DNA of 64,000 nt from positions 204,726,001 to 204,790,000 of the forward strand of contig NC_058368.1 of the NCBI RefSeq assembly GCF_018350175.1, in the 5' to 3' direction. The position numbers were made by a program, and so were the translations under genes. Numbering within the stretch: the stretch's first letter is position 1; every line of letters begins with the position of its first letter. Below the pieces are notes generated by a model. That model worked only from the letters and a program-made list of their open reading frames with translations, was not told the origin of the DNA and did not search any database. Shown here piece after piece: positions 12,728-23,527 of this stretch. The stretch comes from Felis catus. Taxonomy: Eukaryota.

Positions 12728-12893
12728 CTTCTTCACATGCAAATGGGCTCATTTGAGGAAGTGTTACATAGAGCACCTCACTGAACTCGCCATATTTTTC
12801 AGAGTTTCGTTGTCTGGATCTCACACGCACTTCATATTCTTTATCTAGTCTCAGTGAATAAACTGGAACTGATGTTGACAATACAGGGTCCAT
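12728..12893 (-). CDS. GHR: GHR exon 7 (166 bp): [55 protein letters not shown]
   Basis: Lies within ORF 12612..12893. Contains YGEFS (the WSXWS equivalent). Acceptor aaag|ATG, donor AAG|gtaaaa. Confidence 0.97.
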
Positions 12894-13331
12894 CTTTCAA
12901 GACAAAATATAAAACTTACTGGTTAGCGAGACAACAACTCAATGCAATAAACTCTATAAAGTGTTTCTGCATCTGTACTCAAAATGAATTCTGTGAAATA
13001 GCACGGGGGAGTTTGCCACTTAAAGGAAGATCAAAGCAAATAACTTTGTTAAGAAACATTTTGTTACATGGATCACAGTTCTCCAAGCTATTTTGGAATA
13101 AACCCAAAGAAATAACAGGCTTGTTTATAGAATTGCAACTCCATTTTTGTACTAGGCCGTCAGATATTCTATACAATCAAAGCATAATAGAATTACTATG
13201 GAGAATGGTGGAACTATAAAGAAAACTACAGATATGTTTTCTACCCTTTGGGATATTACAGTTTTGCATGAAGACGTAAGAACAGAAAAAAAAAAACCCA
13301 ACATTATTTCTACACCAAAACACATTATAGT

Positions 13332-13335
<4 letters not shown>

Positions 13336-13371
<36 letters not shown>
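13336..13371. repeat. (CA)n microsatellite in intron 6
   Basis: Directly visible. Confidence 0.95.
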
Positions 13372-13375
<4 letters not shown>

Positions 13376-14007
13376 TTGTTCTTTGGAAATTCTGGGTAGT
13401 CACTCATAAGATCACAGAACTGGAAATGGTCCTAGAAAAATCACAGTTGTCTAAATTATTCTGTTAGAAGCAACTACATACCTATTCTGCTTCTTCTAGA
13501 AGGCTTAAAAGTACTTCAAATGGTTTGCTATTCAAAATTTGCAAAGACATGCCGCTAGAGTCCTTGGTAACAAAGATCAAGGTCCCACAACCCTTCTTTT
13601 ACCTTCCTGGGGAAGGGTAATAAGGCTATTAGACTTTTAAGACATAAGGCCATCAAAGAAATAGACCCAAGTAATAATGGTGTTTTCCTTCAAGTTAAAT
13701 TCTCAAAGCAGGTATTCAATATGTGCTTTTCATGTGTTTTCAGATAGAACACCTTGTTACCATTTATGGAAAATTAGGAACACTTACATTTTCAACAGCA
13801 TGGATTTTTCCATTAAAAAGATTCTCATAATTTGTCTTATTAAGTCAGAGTCTGGGCCTGCAACTTCTACAATAAATTTCCTTTCACCTCAGTAAGTTTC
13901 TACTCACAAAGTCCCTATTTTTTTCCCATGTGTACATGGGATGGTTAGTTTGTATCTTTTTTGAAGCTTTTTAATATATGATATATTTGCATGCCTAAAG
14001 TGCATTT

Positions 14008-15960
14008 TTCTTTATTTATTTAAAAAATTTTTTATTATGTTTATTTATTTTGAGAGAGACACAGAGTGCGAGTGGGGGGGGGGAGGGCAGAGAGAGAGGG
14101 AGACACAGAATCCGAAGCAGGCTCCAGGCTCTGGGCTGTCAGCACAGAGCCTGATGCGGGGCTAGAACCCATGAGGGTGAGATCATGACCTGAGTTGAAG
14201 TTGGACGCTCAACCGACTGAGCCATCCAGGGGTCCCCACCTAAAGTGCATTTTTAAAGGCAAGCTTCTGAATTTTAAACTTACCTTATTGGTTTCCTTAA
14301 ATATTTTTTAAACTGTATGTGTCTAGTTTTGAAGCCCTAATTTCTGTTATTGTAACTAATATTATTAGAGTAAAGATTTCACTAATAACAAAACTAAAAA
14401 GAGGCCGTCAGTGATTTCACCGATGGTCCTCTCTTTATCTTCTCCCAACCCTCTAAAGAAGCCACACCCCACTCGATTTGGCTCCCACAACCTGCACTGA
14501 ACCCTGCCACCTGCCTTTGAGGGAAGGCCTACACTCTGCCAATCCTCAATGCAAGTATTGCTGATATCCTAGGAAGTCTTTCTTGGCCCTTTTTCCTACT
14601 CCATCCTGACAGATAATCAGTATTAAGAAGATATTACTTCTTATATTTCACTGCTTATATTTCTATATTACACTGCAAATTCCCTGGAGCAAACAAGGTC
14701 TTCATTACCTTTGCATTTCCAAAGCCCAGTTCAATACCAGGTACACAGTGGGTGCTCAAGAGAAGGCCCATATAACTGTGGATAATTCTATGCCACACAT
14801 TAAGTCTTAAAAAACCCCCAAAATTCCTTTTTTAAATTTTATTTATTTGAGAGTGGGAGAGCAAGCAGGGGAGAGGGGCAGAGGGAGAGACAGAGAGAAT
14901 CTTAAGCAGGCTCCACGCTCAGCGTGGAGGCTGACACGGGGCTCCATCCCATGACACTGGGATTATGACCTGAGTGGAAACCCAGAGCCTGACGTTCAAT
15001 TGACTGAGCCACCCAGGCACCCCCAAAAACCCATAAATTCTTAACTTGATTTGGCAGGTAAACAAATTGCAAACAACTACATGGTCATGACTATTACTTT
15101 CTTTCTTTTTTTTTTTTTAATTTTTTTTTTCAACGTTTATTTATTTTTGGGACAGAGAGAGACAGAGCATGAACGGGGGAGGGGCAGAGAGAGAGGGAGA
15201 CACAGAATCGGAAACAGGCTCCAGGCTCTGAGCCATTAGCCCAGATCCTGACGTGGGGCTCGAACTCACGGACCGCGAGATCGTGACCTGGCTGAAGTCG
15301 GACGCTTAACCGACCGTGCCACCCAGGCGCCCCTATTACTTTCATATTCAAAATGTATTTAGTTTTAAAAAAAAGGCAAAATTCAATATTGTCACTGGCA
15401 ACCTGAATTCCTGATATAAGCAGCAAACACTAGCTTCCACCCTCCTCTCCACCTTATAAACCTCACTTGTTTTTTTTTAAAATATTTTAATATTTATTTT
15501 TGAGAGAGAGAGAGAGATAAAGCACCAGCAGGGGGGACAAAAAGAGGGGGAAACACAGAATCCGAAGCAGGCTTCAGGCTCTGAGCTGTCAGCACAGAGC
15601 CCGACACGGGGCTTGAACCCACAGACCACAAGACCATGACCTGAGCCAAAGTCGGTCCCTTAACCGACTGAGCCACCCAGGCACTTCCAAACCTCACTTT
15701 TTATGGTTATGGCATTTGTGCTCATAACCAATTAGATGGTGTGTTTCTTTAGCAGAGGTCAATTTTTTTAAACATTTATTTATCTTGAGAGAGAGAAAGA
15801 GAGAGTGGGGGAGGGGCAGAGAGAGAGAGGGAGAGAGAGAGAATCCCAAGCAGGCTCCATGCTGTCAGCCCAGAGCCTGATGCGGGGCTCAATCCCATGA
15901 ACCGTGATATCATAACCTGAGCAGAAAACAAGAGTCAGATGCTTAACTGACTGAGTCACT
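14008..15960 (-). mobile_element. Cluster of five minus-strand Can-SINEs (~14008-14237, 14828-15023, 15100-15333, 15470-15688, 15765-15960)
   Basis: Repeated SINE heads and tails. TSDs include cctaaagtgcattttt and ctattactttc. The 15100-15333 copy is the young SINEC_Fc type. Confidence 0.88.
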
Positions 15961-16598
15961 CACTCAGTCATGAAAACCCATGGTGTTCATGACAACTCTG
16001 TCTGAGACCCTTGTAAAAAATACCATGAGTATATAACTTCACTTACAAAAGGTGAGTGAAGTAAAAGTTAACTGACCCCTTTGGACTATCTTATGAGATT
16101 GAGCAGAGATGCAATTAAAAGTGAAACAAAGCCAAGCTGGGATGCAGCCCTCAATGGTCAATTGACTGAGTCCCAAGCTCCCATGCACCTTCTTCAGGGT
16201 GTGAGTTTCATATTTGTGCATCAGCTGATACACAACTATATGCACTGGGCTTTCAGGGTTGAAACTATGATTCGTAAATCTAAGAATGCTAATGTTTGGA
16301 TTCACACCTTTGCTTTTTCTAGATAGTCAACCTTTTTGTTTCAGGACTCCTTTATACTCCTAAAAATTACTGAGAATCCTAAAGGTTTTGGTTTACTTGG
16401 GTTATGCTTATTGCTATTTACTGTATTAGAAATTGAAACTGAGAAATTTTAAAAATGGTATTAAATTGATTTTTATAAAAATTATACTTTGCAAGACAAC
16501 AGAATTATAGTGAGAAGAATGACTTTGTTTTACATTTTTGCAAAATCTCTTTAATGGATTTCTTAATACAAGATGGTGGTATTTTTACATCCACTTCT

Positions 16599-17008
16599 AT
16601 ATATATATATATATATTTTTCCAAACAAAAGGTCTCATATATTACCAACTAATCTACTGGTGCAGAAGCATAGTAACAGAGAAAAATCATTCCCCTGATG
16701 AAGCATGTCTATTGTTCAGGTAGTGGTGATGTTTACAGAGTAATAGGATAGGAACACATGACCTTCATGCAACATAAATACGTGTATCATCTCATGTGCA
16801 ATCCCTTATAGACCCAGCGTGGTTTTTCTCCAATGCCTCCTCTTGGAGTTGTACTTGATTTTATCACCAGTTTTCATCTGAATCCACTGGGGAATGGGAT
16901 GATTCTGCTTTTGTTTCTTGGCGAGGGATCACTTGATGCTGAAAGTTTTGTGAGAAGACGTGGCGAGGAACAGTGAACCGCACACACCATGATGGCGGAG
17001 AAAAGGAG
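16599..17008 (-). pseudogene. RPL39: RPL39 processed pseudogene (CDS remnant 16806-16961)
   Basis: Translates as (ACG)[49 protein letters not shown]. Intronless, with a 5' pyrimidine (TOP) leader, a 3'UTR, an A/(TA)n tail, and TSDs at 16586-16598 and 17010-17022. Confidence 0.95.
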
Positions 17009-19172
17009 CTACATCTGCTTCTGTATTACATTTGCATTAAATCTGATGTGTTGTCTTGGTTGAAGTACATGAATAAAATCTGGTCTCACATAGACATATA
17101 GTGAGGAAAAGGAGGGATATTTTAATAGCCTTTTCAGATAACGTGGATATTCTTTTTAAAAGATTTTAAAGTAATCTGCATACCCAATGTGGGGCTTAAA
17201 TTTACAACCCTGAGATCAAGAGTCGTCAACTGAGTCAGCCAGTCCATGTGGATTTTCTTCTTTAACACTAATACCAAAACTCAACAAGTGGTAGTTTTTT
17301 TTTTTAAGTTTCTAAGAAATGTTAATTTTGAAAAAGTGCCCATTGGCACATCTTAGCCTACGGTATTAAATATGATTGCCTGCAGAAAAATCAATACTGG
17401 GGATAGTTCAGAGTAATTGTGACCTTCTGTTGGATAAAGAAAGTAGCAAAATATTCACTTACAGACATGTCTATGGATAGACATCTAAGAAATCTTGTTA
17501 TTTAATAAAGAAGTCTATGGATTTTGCAAAGATCACTCTGAGCCACGGAAAGTGATTTAGTGTGGGGGAAGGAGTGGGCAAAGAGTAATACACAGGAACT
17601 GATAATAACACCAGTTCATGATATAACTTGAGCATGAATCAATAGGAATTGGTAATGATTTGGATATAAGGAATAAGATTAAGAGACAGATAGATGTCAG
17701 AATAATATTCTGGTTTAAATTTGAACAACTTTATCGACATGTTGTCATTTACTGAGGGGGGAAATTGGGGAGATAGGAGGAAGTTTGAACATGCTGTTTT
17801 TTTGAGATGCCAATGAGGCATCCCAGTGGATATGTTCAGGAGGCATTTGGATGTACAAGTGTGGAACACAGAAATGAGGTCCGGGCAGAACCACTGTGCT
17901 AACTGCCCTCATGTGTTGACATTAATCTGGAACTTTCTATTTTTCAACTAGCTTCCACCAAATGGATTTTTTTAAAATACTCACAACCATCATGTGAAAT
18001 AAAGTGAACATGACCAGTTTTATAGTACACTGAAATACTCCCAGCAATAAAAAGGAATGTTACATTCAGCAATATGAATGAATCTCATATGCATTACGAG
18101 GAGTGAAAGAAGCCAGAATCCAAAGGTTACTTATTATATCATTCCATTTGTATGACTTCCCGGAAAAGGCAAAACTACAGAGATGAGCAGATCAGTAGTT
18201 GCCAAGGATTAGGGTTTTGGGAGGATTTGACTTCAAAGGGACAGCATGAGGAAATTTTTTGAAGGTTATGATAAGTTGTTCTGTATCCTGATTCTGGTGG
18301 TAGCAACAAAGCTCTATGGATTTTTCAAAACTCACAGAATCATACAAGTAAAAAGTGGATTTTAATATGTGCATTTTTTGAGTTTTTATTAAAAGAATGT
18401 TAAGCAAGAGAGTGTTTTAGAATGATCACTCTGGCTCCAGTGTGAAGAATGGATGAGGCACATCAAATACCAGAGGCATAAGATCTGCTTGGGGGATGTT
18501 ACATGAATGCAGGCAGATAGGACTGCAACTAGGAAATAACACATGGTAATTCCTTAAAGGTTAGTTGCAATGTGGAATCTGAAACTGTATCAATGAATCT
18601 TGCCTACCTTACTACATGAAAATACACCTTTCCATCCAGCACTTTGAATGGATCATCTCCCCATGCATGATTTTGGTTACATCATGTATTTGGCATTTGG
18701 AAAATACTGGTGCACTGAGTTATGCAAATTTTCTAAATGTTCACACATTTTATTATACAATATAAAAAATCACTTTGGCTAATATCACCATTGCATCAGG
18801 AAAATATTCAAAGATTGGGAAAGCTACCAGGCTCACTGCTGCAGAGGCAAGTTTCCCAAAACTCTGATTTTCCTTTGAAGGTTCAAATATCATTGGTAAC
18901 GACTACCGTCCATCATTTTTCTTGAACTGATAAGCACACTTCATTCTTTCCCAAGAAACGTTTGCCAAATACTTGCCAACGCCGCTATGAGAAACCATCT
19001 ATGGGGTTATCGGTTGTTCTTTCAAGCAAAAATGGCGTTCCACGCGAAAAGCAGCTGATCCGGCTGGCAACTTGGCTTTATTAAGACAACCGTGGGGGAC
19101 TCAGTATACAGCAGACGTATGCTATGTGTCCTTGGCAGGTGTCATCCAGAATATTAAAAAGCTATGTCATCA

Positions 19173-19390
19173 GGGGCGCTGGGGTGGCTCAATCGGTCGA
19201 GTGTCAACTTCGGCTCAGGTCATGATCTTGAGGTTCGTGAGTTCAAACCCTGCATTGGGCTCTGTGCTGACAGCTCAGAGCCTGGAGCCTGCTTCGGCTT
19301 CTGTGTCTTTCTCTCTCTCTCTCTCTCTGCCTCCCCCCTGCTTGTATTCTGTCTCTCTTTCTCAAAAATAAATAAAATCTTAAAATTTTT
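19173..19390 (+). mobile_element. Can-SINE nested in Charlie1
   Basis: ggggcgctggggtggctcaa head; TSD aaaaagctatgt. Confidence 0.9.
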
Positions 19391-19897
19391 TTTAAAAAAG
19401 CTATGTTGTCAAAGGTTGAGATTCAATAAAGTAAATAAAACATGCAGCTGCATCAAGGACATTGCTCAGTGAAGCTGGCTCTCCGCTCTCATTGACTGTG
19501 AGTGCATGGTGACCCTGCCAGTGCGGTTTGCAATGACCGCCTTGACTTTTCCTCAGGTGACAGTGGGTTTGCCGCCATTGCTTTTGTACCATTGCCGCAA
19601 ATCTCAACATGGTGAAAAAAGGCGATAGCGTTTTAGTATGAGTAGGAAAACAGTCTTGACCTTGTGGATTCCCTTGCAAGGCTCTCAGGACCCCTCGGGG
19701 GTTCACAGTGCACACTCAGAGAACCTCTGCTCTGGAGTACGCAGTGCAGTGCCTCGTGTGGGGTAGTCCTTTCATTGGCTGTGGAATAAATGTTTGACCG
19801 AAACCTGAATTTAGAAAGTCTTATTTGACTCTGCATCCAACCAGGGACTTTTGCACCAAGTTAGTGGAACAGATATCTAAATTAAAACGATTCTGGA

Positions 19898-20114
19898 GGG
19901 GCGCCTGGGTGGCGCAGTCGGTTAAGCGTCCGACTTCAGCCAGGTCACCATCTCACGGTCCGTGAGTTCGAGCCCCGCGTCAGGCTCTGGGCTGATGGCT
20001 CGGAGCCTGGAGCCTGTTTCCGATTCTGTGTCTCCCTCTCTCTCTGCCCCTCCCCCGTTCATGCTCTGTCTCTCTCTGTCCCAAAAATAAAAAAAAAAAC
20101 AAAAACAAAAACAA
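19898..20114 (+). mobile_element. Young SINEC_Fc
   Basis: CpG-rich intact head ggggcgcctgggtggcgcagtcggttaagcg; TSD aaaacgattctgga. Confidence 0.93.
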
Positions 20115-21032
20115 AAAAACGATTCTGGAAACTGTACCGCAAAGTCCAGTATTTAACTGTTCACAGCCGCTCCAAAATTAACTTTAATGACAAAATTGGC
20201 TTCTTTTTCAGCAGAACATGGAATGGACCGGCCTGGTGTCTCAAAATTTTGGGAGTGAATCTGTCAGGGCACTGGGCACCACCTGATGACTGGCCAGAAT
20301 CCACTGGGCTTGGCCAGGGCTTGGCTATGGTTAGACTGATTTAGAATTAGTTATACAGGGAGCAGCAAGATAATCCTGTTTTTCTTCTTGGTGTGTGCCA
20401 TGTGGAATTTATCTAAGTGCCCAGTTCCCATGAATTTGTGAAGGAGGTAAGGAGTTCAGAGGTCAACCACATCCATGCTGCTTGCCTACACAAAAACTTC
20501 TCAGCTTGATTCTCCCCTGAGGTATGGAACAAAACATCCTTCTGAAACCTCTAGGGGACAAATTCCCTTCCTCTGTTTCCCTCCTGGGGTCACTTAAGCA
20601 CTTAATTTAATGGGGGTCTTGTGAGCAGTAGCGACTAAGATCATGGGAGAATATTTAGCCATAGCTCACTATTGGCCTCGATCATAACTCTTCTCATGTT
20701 TAGCCACATCCCCAAAGACAGCTTAAGTGCTAGAGTACACGATTTTGTTCTAATGTTAAACTGGACACTGAGGATGACTGGGGAAATAGTTTTCCTTCCT
20801 TTCCATAGGCTTCTGTATAAGCTCCCTGTCAGCACCTGCTGTGGGACAGAATTCCAAGATGATATTTTACTGATCATATCTGTTTCCCTCAAATAAGAAA
20901 ATACGGAGTATACAGCACGGGCATGTGGTATTAAGTCAAAAGGAAGTCCAATGATAAATGAGAGAGGTGTTGTTGAGATAAAAAGAAGAAAAGCCAAAGC
21001 ATTTTTAAGTGTGATATGTAATGATATCTTAC

Positions 21033-21211
21033 CGTTTTCCACTGGGACTCATTTACTTCTTTGTATTGCAGTTCATACTCCAGGACTATCCATCCCTTCT
21101 GAACGTCTGCATTGGGCGGTGGTTCCCACCTCACCTGGATATCGGCATGAATCCCCGTTAAACTGATGTTCAGTAGAGTCCAGTTGAGGCCAATGGGTGG
21201 ATCTGGTTGCA
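21033..21211 (-). CDS. GHR: GHR exon 6 (179 bp): [59 protein letters not shown]
   Basis: Lies within ORF 20931..21311. Acceptor cacag|TG, donor ACG|gtaaga. Confidence 0.97.
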
Positions 21212-22614
21212 CTGTGCGTTTCGACAGAGAGTTAGTGCACAGAGAGACAGACAGGTAGAGCTTGGTATTAATGGAGTGCTTTCTTCTGAAGAGACCAATT
21301 ACTTCATGCATTTTTATTGTTTACGCTCCTAATTCTTTCAATATTCTTATTACACACTCATTTTATAAGAGGGTACCATTTTTTTTGACTTGAGTACGGT
21401 CTGTTTTTAACTTTGAAGAAAACCCCTACAAAAAAATTCCTTTTCAAGTCTACAACCTGACCTAAAACTTTTCTTGAGGATCTGCCATGTCTTATAATTC
21501 TTTTAGCCCCCAAAGAATTAATGCTTTGGGATTTTGGCAAAGGAATTCATTTTAACTCAAAACTGAAGGAACAGAGTCAGAAAGACCTACAGCATTTAAA
21601 CATGTGGCTGTTTTGGAACCAGGGATCGAAAAATCTTTTTTATTCCAAATTGCTTATTACCTGCGCCAAGGATCTTATATTAACTTCTGTATGGCTACCA
21701 GAACAATCCTTCCAAACACAGCACAGGCTCCTTAGCTTGTTGTCCTCCAGTCACATGTCATGATTTTTTTAGACATAAGAAGGATGGGCATTGCACTCTA
21801 CTCTCAAATGGTGAGGAGTCAGGGTTTTCTGCCTTTTACTTAACCGCATGTGAACAATCTGAAACAGTGTTTTGCTTGGTTTCTACTGACATATTGTACA
21901 TTCTCTGGTAAGTCGGCTGTATTCTGCTTATTAGGACCGCAAAGACCACAATTTCCCAAAGGTTGATGCAGAGAAATACGGATTCCAAAGCTAGGAACAT
22001 ATCTAAATTTACGTTCTAGATAGTTCCCAATAAATTATTGCACTTCATGTCTCAGTACAGAGGTTTTCAAAAATCACTTGCAGATACAGAGTAAAATGTA
22101 CTTTCTTTTCTACTGTTTGTAGAAGGGTACCTAGAGTGCTGCAAAGTCTGGATCCCCAGAGTTGACCACAGATAAGCCTACAAATATATGCTCTGAGGAG
22201 CCATAATTGGCTATTAAAATCTGGTGGTCAAAAGGGGAAGCTCTTGCATTTAACCAGAGTTAAAACAGACTTCACTGTCAAGGAGCATGATAGTGCCCCC
22301 CCTTTCCCCCCCCCCACCCCCACCCTGTAGAGTGGACACAACTTAAAAAATTAGGAAATCCAAATTTAATAATGAACACATTTCAGAAGTTAAATTGGAG
22401 GGATTTGCAACACAGCTGAGCCACAGTATGGCTACAATAATGACAGTAATGCTTCACTCTTCTGAATTTGTTGGGGACTGAGCAATTCTGAGAGCTGAAA
22501 CTTAACACTTTAAGAGACCAAATGTTTTTTTTATGGAAAAATTTCAACTTATTACTCATGTTTCATCTTAAAAACTCCCCTTTCTGCTTTAAATAGAAGA
22601 TATGGAACATGGTC

Positions 22615-22652
22615 TTTTTCTTTTCACTTTTTAAATGTTTATTTATTTATTT

Positions 22653-22706
<54 letters not shown>

Positions 22707-22718
22707 TGGGGGAGGGGC

Positions 22719-22756
<38 letters not shown>

Positions 22757-22883
22757 TCTGAAGCAGGCTCCAGGCTCTGAGCTGTCAGCACAGAGCCCAA
22801 CATCGAGATCGAACTCAGTAACTGTGAGATCATGACCTGAGCCAAAGTCAGAGGCTTAACCTACCGAGCCACCCAGGCGCCCT
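22615..22883 (-). mobile_element. Can-SINE with expanded (GA)n at ~22657-22700
   Basis: SINE consensus motifs. Confidence 0.9.
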
Positions 22884-23334
22884 GAATATGGTGTTTTTTG
22901 AGTGGACTCATATCACCGTTACAAGCATAATAATAACCTCTCCCTTTCCTCCGTACATACTGCCACATGCTGTACTTGACAGGTCCTCCAAGATGTTGGA
23001 AAAGCACCTGAGACTGAATACATCCCCAGGCAGCCCTGGTCCTCTCCCCAGAATATGCTCCCTCCCCTGTCACTTTCCGTCTCTCTGTTGCTAGTGCCTC
23101 CATTCCTCCAGTCGTTCAGGGTGAAGTTAGTGAGCTCTTGAAGTTAGTGAGCTCTTCCTGGACTCATCCCTCTCTTACCACCCCCACAGTCTGTCAGTTG
23201 TACTTTCAAGACAGTCTCCGAGCCCAGCCACTGCCCACTGCTGCACCTCTCAACCCAGGCCTGCCGTTAGGGTTTTTTACCCATGTTGCTGCATTAGCCT
23301 CCTGAACGGTCTCCTCCTGTTGTTATTGTCCTCA

Positions 23335-23527
23335 TTTTTTAAATTTACTTATTTTTGAGAGAGAGCGATCAGGAGAGCAGAGAGAGAGAGGGAGAGAGAG
23401 AGAATCCCGAGCAGGTTCCATGCAGTCAGCACAGAGCCTGACATGGGGCTCGATCTCACAAACTGTTCGCTCATTACCTGAGCTGAAATCAGGAGTCAGA
23501 CGCTTAACTAAGCCACCAAGGCACCCT
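23335..23527 (-). mobile_element. Can-SINE
   Basis: SINE consensus motifs. Confidence 0.85.

Larger units (their letters stand above)
16322..19729 (+). mobile_element. Charlie1-family hAT DNA transposon fossil, interrupted by several insertions
   Basis: The 5' end (tcaggactcctttatactcctaaaaattactgag) and 3' end (cacactcagagaacctctg) resemble the Charlie1 consensus as I recall it. Internal pieces resume at ~17023 and ~18556. Confidence 0.7.
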
